This document shows, piece by piece, positions 23,156 through 33,693 of a stretch of DNA of 64,000 nt (positions within the stretch are counted from its first letter, which is position 1; every line of letters starts with the position of its first letter). The DNA comes from Okeania sp. SIO2F5 (GTDB taxonomy: Bacteria; Cyanobacteriota; Cyanobacteriia; Cyanobacteriales; Microcoleaceae). The position numbers and the translations under genes are program-made. Location of the stretch: assembly GCF_010692685.1 (NCBI RefSeq), contig NZ_JAAHGU010000008.1, positions 105,619 to 169,618 of the forward strand, in the 5' to 3' direction. The notes beneath the pieces were generated by a model. It did not search any database, was not told where the DNA came from, and was given only the letters and a program-made list of their open reading frames with translations.

Positions 23156-23754
23156 TTTAACATCTAAAATGTTGCAATAGTAGGGGCGGGTTCTACGTTA
23201 AATTAATGAGTCTTAACCAATTTAGATGAACCCGCCTCCACCCCATTTACGAAGTCATAATTCAGAAGTCAGAAGTCAGAAGTCAGAAGTTATTTTTGTA
23301 ACGGGGATGTGAGCAACTCTCCAAAAATTTTTTGCCTTAAAAGGTGGGGTGACACGACCCAATTATTTTGATAATCTAACGCTAGCTACATATTGAAGAA
23401 CCGTTATTTTCAAGGTTTAATAATAGAATAGATTTTAAGTTTGATTTTAAATTGAGTTCTGAACTAGAGTTAAATTGATTATTTCTAGTAATTATTCTGT
23501 AAGTATTCTGTAATTATTCAGCTATTAGTTGTCAGCTTAGGGCAATAAGACTCCCTCCTGAAGGAAGTATTTAAATGAATATAGACTTTCAGGTTAAAAG
23601 AACCTGCTTTTGTAAGATTTAATTATGACTGGATTATGGCTTAATAAGAACCCTTAATATAGGGTTTAAATCAAGCTCAAAAAATAGCTGATAGCTAATA
23701 GCTGATGGCTGTTTGCGCAGCATGACCTAGGAAATACTTAGATTATTCTGGCAT

Positions 23755-23982
23755 TTAGTTGAAATCATAAGTGGTTTCTAGCCAATCAAATATTTTATCT
23801 AATTGCTCTAGAGTAACTAAACCATATTGCCATAAAATCATTGGAAAAGCACTGAAGTCTGGTTTACGATCTACTAATGTTGAACTAATACTAGCTCTTT
23901 CTGCAACTGCTATAGAAGCTGAAGAAATAGATAAATCATCTTTCAAGAAATGAATAAAGCGAGCATAATTATTTGGTGTCAT
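23755..23982 (-). CDS. Small conserved cyanobacterial hypothetical protein (DUF2949-like).
   Basis: The N-terminus MTPNNYARFIHFLKDDL resembles a cyanobacteria-restricted family from memory. Low certainty. Confidence 0.35.
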   Translation of the reverse strand: MTPNNYARFIHFLKDDLSISSASIAVAERASISSTLVDRKPDFSAFPMILWQYGLVTLEQLDKIFDWLETTYDFN

Positions 23983-25367
23983 TTTTCTTTACCTCCTATT
24001 TTTCAGACACCATTCTCTTTGTAACTCTTGTTGACAATAGAATATATAGAGTCACATATTTAAGAGAATTATCATGTCAATAAAATTAATATTTTTTTTG
24101 GATATTATCGATAGTTATTTACTATCATCAAGCAATAAGTTTTCTTGGATATTGCTAGGATATGCCAGTTTTTTATCTGTTTACTAAACTCTGCATTTTT
24201 TCAGAAACTTGAGAGTGAAACTAAACTAGATATAGTACTCCTGGACTATACTAAGTTTTGAGAATAGCTTGGTTTGAATCTACATAAGTTGCCTATGCTA
24301 TTCCGCAAAAGCTAGCTATTAATTTCTAGAAAAATTTAGTGAAATTATCGTTACTCAAAATGTATATACATTCAGGTTGAAAAAAAATTCACTATCTGTC
24401 TCAACATTACAGAAGACTTTCTATTGAATTCTCTCTCTAGTCAAAAGATATAAACAGCGCAGACAGAGGTTCTAAGTAGGTAGTTGCCTTTTTTCAAACT
24501 ATTACTACTTACAAGGCTAAACTTGGTCAAGTCAAATTTTGGCAAAATAACTACGACAAAATAACTACTTTGGTTTGAATATTTGTATGTATTTTAATTC
24601 ACAATACGAACCATCTCTATATGCATAAATGCGCAAAAATATACAACTAGATTTTCACTCTTAGCACAAAATATCATTATCCTCACACCAATCAACAGAA
24701 TTAAATTAAGCAAAGCAAAAATAGACTCTTAGTAAGACAAGTTTTTCTATATCTTCTATACCTTCTTGGTAAAAGTAATACTCATCAAAACTTCAGCACT
24801 ATCGATATTGTCAAAATATTTCTCTTACAGCTTGCGAAACTTAATTTATCTTTATTTATTTCCGATGAATAGAATAGCAGTATTACAAACCATCAAAAGC
24901 TTAAGAATACATATTCTGCACTTTAGGTGAACAATACTTTGAATCCATCTAAATAATGTCTAGCTTACCAATATAGCAAATTAAAACTTTAGTGTAAATA
25001 TATAGTAAGTAAAATAATAAAAAGTTTTATTAGGTTTTGTCAAAATAATTCAGAGTTTTGCGATATTTTAGCTTGTTGTACAAAAACTATAGGTCTGGGG
25101 AATAGCAAAAAATAAATCATCCAATTTTTGGATTCAATTTGTTTGTTTTGTACCAGAAGGAAAAGGAAAAAACTTTGATTATTGATATTCCGTTATTTTT
25201 ACTCCGAAGTACTATGTAGACAGCTATTTCATAATTCAAATAAAGGAATGGCAACTGCTATAATTTTTGTTGACATACTACCTTCTTCTCAATTCAACCT
25301 AAAACCTAAAACCTACCACCTTCTTCAATGAATGATAATTTCCTCTAATCTCAGTTCTGTCAAATAC

Positions 25368-25889
25368 CTAAATTTTTGTAATCATTATCCGGTCTCCTAC
25401 TTTCAAACCTAATTCCTTTGCACGTCTTCCCCGAAGTTCAATTACTCGATCGACTAACACATCAGGTCCATAAGTAGGGCAAGGGTCAGCTAAACAAGGA
25501 GGGACATTATCAGCGATCGCCTTAACTATGCCAGAATTTATGAATATAATATCAAGAGATATTTGGCAATTTTTCATCCAAAAGCTAACTTTCCTAGGTG
25601 GGTTAAAAGAGAATAACATTCCTCGGTCATCAGCAAGTTTAGTCCTGTACATTAAACCTATTGCTTTCTCTTGAGGGGTTTTCGCCACCTCTAAATTAAT
25701 TATCTGATTAGATATATGAGCTTTTGCCGTAATTGGTAAAATTTGGCCTTGTGGAGATATCTGAGAATCTGATATATTTTGAGCTTGTGCTGGAGTATGA
25801 AAAACTTGAACAAATATTATTTGTAGCAAACAGCAAAGCAACAGAAATAAGATGATTCCAGACTTAAGTAAACCAATTTTACGACCCAT
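25368..25889 (-). CDS. DUF192 (COG1430) domain protein with N-terminal signal peptide.
   Basis: Hydrophobic N-terminus followed by the DUF192 core (GLMYR...GMLF...FWMKNCxIxLDIIF). Confidence 0.7.
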   Translation of the reverse strand: MGRKIGLLKSGIILFLLLCCLLQIIFVQVFHTPAQAQNISDSQISPQGQILPITAKAHISNQIINLEVAKTPQEKAIGLMYRTKLADDRGMLFSFNPPRKVSFWMKNCQISLDIIFINSGIVKAIADNVPPCLADPCPTYGPDVLVDRVIELRGRRAKELGLKVGDRIMITKI

Positions 25890-26250
25890 AATTAATTATT
25901 TCTCAGATATTCTATGTATGTTTTATTCTTGAAGAAACAAGAAGGAAAAAGGAAAAAGTAGATGGGGACTCAAACCCCAAAAAGCTTGTAAACACCCCAA
26001 GTGACGGCGGGGAATTAAACCCAAAATAAAAAGATAAATAATAATTTTATAGTAATTTTTTTGAGATTTCACTTATTTTGACATTCTTGTCGTTAGATCA
26101 AAGATTATAATGGAAAATTCTTGCTTCTGTGATTCTAGGGTTAGGCGAAAAATCAAACAACTTATATTATGTCCGGATAATTAGTGATAAAAAAACTTTC
26201 TCTTTCTTCTTCTTTCTTTCCTCCTGACTCCTAACTCCTGAGTCGTTTAT

Positions 26251-26451
26251 TTATAACTGTTCAACCGGACATGATATTAAGTTATGCTCCACGACGATTA
26301 AATATCTGTTTATAGTTACTTTTGCAGCAGCTATATCACGATTTATTTGATTTCCACAACTACTGCAATTATGTTTTCTATTCCTGCGGAATATTGCGTA
26401 AACAGAAAGTTTTTTCTGATTAATATGCCCAAATTTAATATCAAGTCTCAT
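26251..26451 (-). pseudogene. C-terminal remnant of an IS200/IS605-family TnpB (zinc finger plus RuvC-III RDxNAAxNI).
   Basis: The translation contains CSSCGNQINRDIAAAKVTINRYL. There is no upstream tnpB body, and degenerate direct repeats flank it. Confidence 0.5.
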
Positions 26452-26746
26452 TAATTAGCCATAATAAAAATGTTCTTCTTTTGATAGAGAATATTTTTTC
26501 GGTGCGGAATGCGGAGCAAACAAATTTCCCCTACTCCCTACTCCCTACTCCCTAAATTTTTCCGAAGTGGTTATTCAAACAGACATGATATAAGACATTC
26601 TTGAGAAATATAATTTTTATCAACTTTAGCAAAATACTTACCTCAATTCCTGCAAATATCAGCCAATATTTCATTGATAAATTGACCTATACCAGAATCC
26701 TTTGATTGTTTTCTAACAAGACCTTGCTTACCAAGAATTAAAGACT

Positions 26747-27442
26747 CTAAGTTTCCCTCAAAACATATCCAATACCACGGACTGTCTGAATTAATCTCTT
26801 CTCGCCTTCTCGTTCAATTTTCAGGCGCAAATATCTAATATATACCTCAATTACATTAGACTCACCCAAAAAATCATAACCCCAAACATTTTCCAAAATC
26901 TGTTCGCGACTCAATACTTCGCGAGGATGCTCCATTAAAAACCTTAATAACTCAAATTCCTTCATAGTCAACTCAATACTACGACCATGACATAAGACCC
27001 GTCGAGTAGCCAACTCTAAAATTAAACTCCCAAATCTCAATTGGTCCTTTTCTGCTATAGTAGGTTGTAAATAAAAACGGACTAATTTTAAGAATTCATC
27101 ACTGCGATAAGGTTTGAGAAAATAGTCATCAGCTCCAGACTCCAGACAAGCAATTCGGTCGTCAATTTGGTCGCGACCCATCAACAATAATATGGGCATA
27201 TTATTACCCATTTTTCTCAGATGACTGCACAATGATAGTCCAGATTCACCAGCTAACATTCGGTCAATTACAATCAGAGCAGGTTTAATTTCTATTGCCC
27301 TGTGAAGACCCGCGGTAGAATTAGTAGCTACAATTGGATGATAGCCTGACTCTTCTAGATCCAAACTCACATATTGGGCGAGAATTTCATCAGTCTCTAT
27401 TAGTAAGACTGAACGATCTCGATCTATAGTTAAGGTAGTCAT
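26747..27442 (-). CDS. OmpR-family response regulator (NblR-like).
   Basis: Receiver domain (LLIETDE...LIVIDRML) plus a C-terminal winged-helix (GYDFLGESNVIEVYIRYLRLKIE). The resemblance to NblR, including LKPYRSDEFLKLVRFYLQP, is from memory. Confidence 0.7.
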   Translation of the reverse strand: MTTLTIDRDRSVLLIETDEILAQYVSLDLEESGYHPIVATNSTAGLHRAIEIKPALIVIDRMLAGESGLSLCSHLRKMGNNMPILLLMGRDQIDDRIACLESGADDYFLKPYRSDEFLKLVRFYLQPTIAEKDQLRFGSLILELATRRVLCHGRSIELTMKEFELLRFLMEHPREVLSREQILENVWGYDFLGESNVIEVYIRYLRLKIEREGEKRLIQTVRGIGYVLRET

Positions 27443-27615
27443 AGCAATATGATTTTAATTGTGAGATATTGGAGACTTTGTTTTAGGTATGGAGGGAATA
27501 GGGAATAGGTATGGAGGGAAGAAACGAATATATATGAATAAAATAACTGCTATATTCTATGCTTTAAAGGAACACCTCAATTCTCACATCTGATTCGGTG
27601 ATTGCTATATTTCTG
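27443..27615. repeat. ~170-bp element immediately 5' of the response-regulator start codon. It is shared with the region 5' of the permease gene (48960-49157).
   Basis: Blocks atgattttaRttgtgagatattgga and ataactgctatattcYWYSctttaaaggaacacctcaattctcacatctgattcggtgattgctatattt are identical in the two copies. They are separated by different heptamer STRs. Confidence 0.7.
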
Positions 27616-27671
27616 TACAAAATTTATGATACTAACACCCTCTCATATAATCCCGGCATATTGAAGTTAAT

Positions 27672-27770
27672 CTAGTGCAGGATGGCGGAAATAACTGACC
27701 AGTTACAAAATCGCGCGAACAATTACAAATCAAAAATGATTGACTTTTAACTTCCGCGTAGCGGCACTAG
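27672..27770. mobile_element. MITE family 2 copy.
   Basis: Terminal inverted repeats ctagtgcaggatggcgg ... ccgcgtagcggcactag. Confidence 0.75.
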
Positions 27771-27805
27771 CAGTGAAAATTGTGAAAAATAACCACCAGA
27801 ATAAT

Positions 27806-28723
27806 TTAAGGTAATTCAACAGAAGTTGGCTTGGCAATGTGCGGTAGTCCCCATCCCAATTTCTCGCGCAGAACATGGAAAAACTCTGGTGGCTTAAGTC
27901 GAATGAAACGTGCTTTATAATGTGATTGTTTCACTCGTACTCGGTCCTCTGGCAAGACATAACATCCTCCATTACCATCTACAATCATCATCATACGATT
28001 TGGACTAGCAGGAAAAACAGTTACTGGTTCAGTATCAGCAAAAACCAAAGCACGGGATGCTAGAGAATGGGGACAAATAGGTGAAAGCTCCAAAACGGGA
28101 ACTCCCGGAGTCACAACAGGGCCACCTGCCGATAAAGAATAAGCAGTAGAACCAGTAGGAGTAGAAATAATAATACCGTCTGCCGCAATATCTATAGGAG
28201 CGTGCCGACCAATTTGGATTTCAAAATGGCACATACAGGTCATAGGTTCCCGATGTAAAACCATTTCATTTAAACAAAGGGCTTCCCATAATAACTCATT
28301 ATCTCGGAACAGACGTACTTCTAGCATTGTCCTTTCTTCTACTTCATAGTCTCCTGCTAATACCTGTTCAATAGCTGGATATAACTGATTGACAAAAGTC
28401 TCAGTCAAAAAACCCATGTGACCTGTATTGACGGTCAATAGTGGAATATGGCAAGGTGCTACTTGACGAAATGCAGATAAGACTGTACCATCCCCTCCTA
28501 GGACTACAGCAAAAGTCATGTCTTTGGTAAAGCCAGAGGGAACTAATTGGTCTATAGAAGTATGACATAAAGGACGTTCTAGGCTGGGATAACCTAAGAT
28601 TCCTCCCGATCCATTATTGATGTGAATATCATAGCCATAAGCTGTCAGCTTGTCTTTTAACTCATTAGTTATGCGACAAGCTATTGGTTTGGCATCGTTA
28701 TAAATGATTCCTATTTTTGACAC
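27806..28723 (-). CDS. nadK: NAD(+) kinase.
   Basis: GGDGTVL and NEMVL motifs. It is adjacent to ycf39, as in other cyanobacteria. Confidence 0.85.
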   Translation of the reverse strand: MSKIGIIYNDAKPIACRITNELKDKLTAYGYDIHINNGSGGILGYPSLERPLCHTSIDQLVPSGFTKDMTFAVVLGGDGTVLSAFRQVAPCHIPLLTVNTGHMGFLTETFVNQLYPAIEQVLAGDYEVEERTMLEVRLFRDNELLWEALCLNEMVLHREPMTCMCHFEIQIGRHAPIDIAADGIIISTPTGSTAYSLSAGGPVVTPGVPVLELSPICPHSLASRALVFADTEPVTVFPASPNRMMMIVDGNGGCYVLPEDRVRVKQSHYKARFIRLKPPEFFHVLREKLGWGLPHIAKPTSVELP

Positions 28724-28756
28724 TCGAAAAAATCTAGTTCAGGGTGGTTAGAAACT

Positions 28757-29734
28757 TTAGAAAAAGAAAGGTTTATTCTTGGAAGTTGATTTTCCTAATT
28801 TTGCTTGCTCGTACTCTATTTCCTTCAACTTTTTCATAATCCGACTATAGTATTCTTGCAAATAAGATTCTAGTGTGGTTATTTCTTCAGGATTAATGCC
28901 AAATACAGGATAAACATCATCCATTGAAGCTGTTAAAGGCTGACTGTTGGCTAATACTTCTGCAAAAGCTAGTCTATCAGCGACATTCCAACCCCATTGA
29001 AATGACCTAGTAAGCTGACGAAATATACGCAATAAGTTAATATTGGTACGGGTTACTTTTGCTTTTTCTCCAGACAGTCTTTCACACATCCGAATAATTT
29101 CACTAGCATCCCAAGCACGGGGACCTACTACCGGAAAGCTTTGATTTTCTGTTTCGGGAACTGAAATACTACGGACAGCAAACTTAGCAATATCTTGAGT
29201 ATCCATATATGCAATCGCTGTTCCTTGACCGGGAACCCAAACTGCTTGCTTATCTAAAATTGGCACTGCATACTGGCCAATTAATCCCTGTAAAAAACCA
29301 CAAGGTTTTAAGATCGTGTATTTTAAGCCAGATTCAGCAATAAAAAGTTCTGTACATCGCTTAATTTCTAGGAGAGGGACTTGGGGATATTTCTCTGCAT
29401 TTAAAAAGGAGAAAAATATAAAACGTTCTACACCTTTAGCCACTAGAGCTTGAATCAGTGATACTTTTCCTTCCCAGTCTACCTGTTTAATACTCAGAGA
29501 GTCTGTTGGTCTCGCAGTTGCAGCATCAATCACTGCATCAACTCCTTCCAAAGCTGGTAGTAGAGTTTTAGGCTTACAGAGATTTCCTCCTATTAGTTCA
29601 GCCCCCCACTCTTTTAAAAAAGATGCTCTACTGTAGCTTCTGATTAAGCAGCGTACTTCATAACCTTCGTTTAGGGCACAACGCACTATTTGTCTACCAA
29701 GAGTACCAGTAGCCCCTACGATTAATAGTTTCAT
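28757..29734 (-). CDS. ycf39: NAD(P)-binding NmrA/SDR-like protein Ycf39.
   Basis: N-terminal Rossmann motif MKLLIVGATGTLGRQIVRCAL...VRCLIR and overall similarity to Ycf39, from memory. Confidence 0.6.
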   Translation of the reverse strand: MKLLIVGATGTLGRQIVRCALNEGYEVRCLIRSYSRASFLKEWGAELIGGNLCKPKTLLPALEGVDAVIDAATARPTDSLSIKQVDWEGKVSLIQALVAKGVERFIFFSFLNAEKYPQVPLLEIKRCTELFIAESGLKYTILKPCGFLQGLIGQYAVPILDKQAVWVPGQGTAIAYMDTQDIAKFAVRSISVPETENQSFPVVGPRAWDASEIIRMCERLSGEKAKVTRTNINLLRIFRQLTRSFQWGWNVADRLAFAEVLANSQPLTASMDDVYPVFGINPEEITTLESYLQEYYSRIMKKLKEIEYEQAKLGKSTSKNKPFFF

Positions 29735-30189
29735 AAACAGTTTATTGATTATATTAAAGATTCTTTATCACTTTATCAAAGTTATCTCATTTTTTTACAA
29801 AACTTAATATTTTGAGTTAAATATGTTTTAGCTTATATTTTTATTAATCTATTTAAGATACCATAATATCCATAGAAAGTAAATACCACCATAGGCATTC
29901 CCCACTAGAAAAAATTAATGAGGAAATGCTCCTATAGCAAAATGTCAGTCAGTTAAGCGATCGTAATACTTTAGAGACCGGGAAATTTGATTATTCGCCT
30001 CCTTGTAATTTAAGTAATAGGAAACCTCCTGCTAAACCAATCAGAATCACAGAAAAAGACAAAATAGCTGCATTGAAAATCTCACCACTCATATTCTTAA
30101 AATACTCCTATGTAATTTGTGATATATATTTTAAGACATTTTGACTTCTCCCCAGACTAAAGTCATAAGTATTCTTCAGCGGAATAAAT

Positions 30190-31260
30190 ATGAAAATATC
30201 AGCAACAGAAATAGAAAATACAAATCCTCGTTTAGGATTGACAATTGGAGATCCTGGGGGCATAGGACCAGAAATAATTCTTAAGGCTTTAGCAGACCCT
30301 ACTGTTACAGAAAATTGTGACTTGACAATTATAGGCAGTCATCGCATTTTGCAACAAACCTATCAAAAACTATCTCAACTCTCGAAAAAAACTCAATCGC
30401 AACAATTACTTGTCAAATGGGAAAATTTAAAAATTTTAGATGTAGAGTTTAATGGAAAATTAGAAAATATTTTTCCCGGCAAAGGTAATGCTGTGAGTGG
30501 GGAAGCTAGCTTTTGTTTCATGGAAACAGCCATTGCTCAGACTTTAGCTGGAAAATTTCAAGGTATTGTTACTGCTCCTATTTCCAAAACTTGCTGGCAG
30601 ATGGCTGGTCATAAATACCCTGGTCAAACTGAACTTTTAGCAGAAAAAGCAGGAGTAAAAAAATTTGGGATGCTATTTTTTGCGCGATCGCCCCACAGTA
30701 ATTTTGTACTCCGCTCTCTTTTAGCTACCACACATATACCATTATGTCAAGTCCCAAAAGCTTTAACGCCAGAGTTGCTGAGTTGGAAATTAGAGTTACT
30801 AATAGAAAGTTTACAAAAAGATTTTGGGATTTCTCGGCCAAAAATTGCTGTTGCTGGTTTAAACCCTCACAGTGGAGAAAATGGACAATTAGGAACAGAA
30901 GAGCAAGATTGGCTCATCCCTTGGTTGGACAAACAATGCGATCGCCGACCGGACATAGAGTTAGATGGGCCAGTGCCACCGGATACTATGTGGGTCAAAC
31001 CAGGTCAAGCTTGGCTAGGTTTACCAGCTAAAACTTATGATGCTTATTTGGCGCTATATCATGACCAAGGCTTAATTCCAGTTAAACTAATGGCTTTTGA
31101 TTTAGCAGTGAATACTACCGTTGGTTTACCATTTGTTCGTACCTCTCCTGACCATGGTACAGCTTTTGATATTGCGGGTCAGGGTATTGCTGATGCGACG
31201 AGCATGAAAGCAGCAATAAAGTTAGCTAAAGAATTGATATTACAAAGAACTTATTCATAG
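30190..31260 (+). CDS. pdxA: 4-hydroxythreonine-4-phosphate dehydrogenase.
   Basis: Motifs [17 protein letters not shown] and HDQGLIP. Confidence 0.85.
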   Translation: MKISATEIENTNPRLGLTIGDPGGIGPEIILKALADPTVTENCDLTIIGSHRILQQTYQKLSQLSKKTQSQQLLVKWENLKILDVEFNGKLENIFPGKGNAVSGEASFCFMETAIAQTLAGKFQGIVTAPISKTCWQMAGHKYPGQTELLAEKAGVKKFGMLFFARSPHSNFVLRSLLATTHIPLCQVPKALTPELLSWKLELLIESLQKDFGISRPKIAVAGLNPHSGENGQLGTEEQDWLIPWLDKQCDRRPDIELDGPVPPDTMWVKPGQAWLGLPAKTYDAYLALYHDQGLIPVKLMAFDLAVNTTVGLPFVRTSPDHGTAFDIAGQGIADATSMKAAIKLAKELILQRTYS

Positions 31261-31769
31261 CAAAAGTAGCCAAATTAATAGAATTGTTTCTGCAATAGTT
31301 GACTTAGTGAATCTACAATCTAAAATATACAAATAGGAGGTATAAGAAAGCTGACAAATTTGATTGTCAAGCAAATATACCTACTAATACCATTTTAGTT
31401 AGCTCTCAGGGGTGAGAAGAAAAGATTCTTACTTCAAAATAAGTCTATTAAGGCATGAGTTAATAAACAATAAAAGTAAGCATTTCCTACGGAATGCTGG
31501 GCAAACAGTTATTAGCATTTCCTACGGAATGCTCCGCAAACAGTAATCAGATGCATGAACTTATGCAAGTAATAACTGAGGTTAGGTTATAGCCAATTTC
31601 ATTAATGAATTTTAATTCTCAAATGAATTTTAATTCTCATTGGTGGATAATTCCTTTCTAGTTATGATAATTAGTTAATAGCAAATAGCTGATAGCTGAT
31701 AGCTGATGTCTGACTGCTGAATGCTTACCAATAAAATGGTAAAAAAATCAAAATTTATTTGAGAAAACT

Positions 31770-32570
31770 TTGAAAACTATATCCTTTGCTATCCAGGGAA
31801 AAATGGATTATGAAACTTTAGGAAAAGCAGGAGGAATTAGCACAACTCCTGGTACACCCCAATGGGCACTTGCTATTAAGTTAAAACTACAATCTGTTCT
31901 GAAAAAAGATGTAGTTGTTAATGGGGAACAATTAAAAGCATGGCGTGAATTAATGAAACAACCAGCAGCTTATCAACAATTACTTGATGAGCAAGGAAAA
32001 GCATTTAATAGTTATGAAGAATTATGTCGTGCTCAACCACCTTATGGATTAGGTTGTGAAGCTAAAGAAATTGAAGAATTAATTAGTAAATTAGAATCAA
32101 CTGAAACAAAAACAGTCGATCTACCGGAAGACCCATTAAAAGATTTAGGAAATCCATCAAATTACTTTCATAAATTTTCTAAACTTGTGGAAGCTTGCTC
32201 AGATAATCAAGCTTTAAATGCACCGAAAATCGGGGAGATTTTAGATTATGCTCATAGCACTGCTCAATTATGGAGAAAAAGATGGGAACATTTAGGATGG
32301 TTAGAACAATCAAAAAGTAGTGGGAGAGGTTTTTACCAAATTACTGAATCAGGAAAAAATGCAGTTAAAAATTGGTTAGAGCAACAGCCAGAAGGTAAGT
32401 TGAATCAAGAACTTTGGGTAGTAGTTCCTAAAAATCCTCAAAAGGCTGCAGAAAAATTGATTAAGTCGTTTAAGGGTGAAGATTTAAGAGAGATTTACAA
32501 ACTAATTGGAGAGTCTTTTAGTCAAGAATTAACTGTATTTCATTCAGATTCAGGTATGGAAAAAAATTAG
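31770..32570 (+). CDS. Hypothetical protein with C-terminal winged-helix-like segment (cassette gene 1).
   Basis: TTG start at 31770, with an alternative ATG at 31803. The segment ...LWRKRWEHLGWLEQSKSSGRGFYQITESGKNAV is wHTH-like. No family recognized. Confidence 0.45.
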   Translation: MKTISFAIQGKMDYETLGKAGGISTTPGTPQWALAIKLKLQSVLKKDVVVNGEQLKAWRELMKQPAAYQQLLDEQGKAFNSYEELCRAQPPYGLGCEAKEIEELISKLESTETKTVDLPEDPLKDLGNPSNYFHKFSKLVEACSDNQALNAPKIGEILDYAHSTAQLWRKRWEHLGWLEQSKSSGRGFYQITESGKNAVKNWLEQQPEGKLNQELWVVVPKNPQKAAEKLIKSFKGEDLREIYKLIGESFSQELTVFHSDSGMEKN

Positions 32571-33114
32571 TATTTAGTTATTAGCAGATTACCTAATCTA
32601 TCAATGTCAGGGTTAACAGCATAAATTAAGAGTTTAATTTTTTTATCCTTCAATGTAATTTAATGCTGAAAAAATAAAAGGTTGTTTTTGAGGAGATTAT
32701 TAATGTTAAAAGTAGTCCTGAACTGTATGGAATAAGTAAATTATTGAATCAATGAAAATAGGAGTTTTTCTTCTGAGTAAATGTTCCTTATAAAATAGCT
32801 ATAGGGATTACTTTTAACGGGGGTATTTTGAGTGAAATAAATTGTGTCATACTTGAATCAAAATTTAACTTATCCGAAAATTAATAAATAAGTAATAAAC
32901 AGCCTCTACTCCCATTAAAAATTTAGGTATATTGGTAGTTTAAATTTTGTAGAGATACTCTATTCTAAGTTGTTATTTAAGTTATCAGTTAGCCTCCTGC
33001 TCCCTCTACTAATTTTTCTTCTTCTTTCTTTCCTCCTGACTCCTGACTCCTAAATAATTAAGATTAATATCACACACTAATTCACCAACGCCGTAAATTT
33101 TATAAGAGGAACTA

Positions 33115-33690
33115 ATGACAGAGCTTTCCACTGAACAATTGCTTTATTTGCTTTACACATTTGCTTATTCAACAGAAGGAACTGTTACTAGAAGTACAGT
33201 TAGGAATCATTTATCTAAAAAACGCCGCCCCAATGCAAAACAGGTTTGTGAGAGTTTATGTGAGCTGAAGTTATTGGAGTCTCCTAAACGAGGGAGAATT
33301 AAAGTTACTGAGATGGGAATGAAAGCTCTAGTTCTTAATCTTCAAACAACGGAGTATAAATTTAGGTCTAACAAAGGACCTAAAATTTTAAATGCTCTGA
33401 TGGCTTGTTTAAAATTAACAGCAAAATATAATCAGATAAATTATCAAAATGAGGATATGGATTTTGAGACTTTTGTAGATAAGTTTAAAAAGCTTTACCT
33501 TGAAGAAAGGAGGCGTCAAGAATTGGAAGGTGTTGTGGCTATTCGTAGTAAAGAAATTTGCCAAAAGTTTAGGCAAAATAATCATATTTCTGAATTGCTA
33601 CTAGAAAAATATTTTGAGCAATTGAAATCTGATGGTTTAGTATTTGCGGTACAAGAAAACAATAAAGAATTAATTCAATGGGTGAACTAA
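33115..33690 (+). CDS. Hypothetical protein with N-terminal winged-helix-like segment (cassette gene 2).
   Basis: The segment ...CELKLLESPKRGRIKVTEMGMKAL follows a pattern similar to gene 1. The stop is 3 nt before the gene-3 start codon. Confidence 0.45.
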   Translation: MTELSTEQLLYLLYTFAYSTEGTVTRSTVRNHLSKKRRPNAKQVCESLCELKLLESPKRGRIKVTEMGMKALVLNLQTTEYKFRSNKGPKILNALMACLKLTAKYNQINYQNEDMDFETFVDKFKKLYLEERRRQELEGVVAIRSKEICQKFRQNNHISELLLEKYFEQLKSDGLVFAVQENNKELIQWVN

Positions 33691-33693
33691 ATT

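Noticed and set aside
22807-23163. 118-aa ORF antisense to the aminotransferase
   Set aside because: It is fully embedded antisense in a well-supported conserved gene. This is a likely spurious ORF.
23160-23240. Riboswitch or ncRNA at the long hairpin ggggcgggttc...gaacccgcctcc
   Set aside because: An 11-bp stem with a 39-nt loop and no following U-tract does not match any riboswitch consensus I know. It is probably a palindromic repeat, and the evidence is too weak for a feature call.
30744-31031. 95-aa ORF in an alternative frame of pdxA
   Set aside because: It overlaps the pdxA coding frame on the same strand. pdxA is strongly supported.
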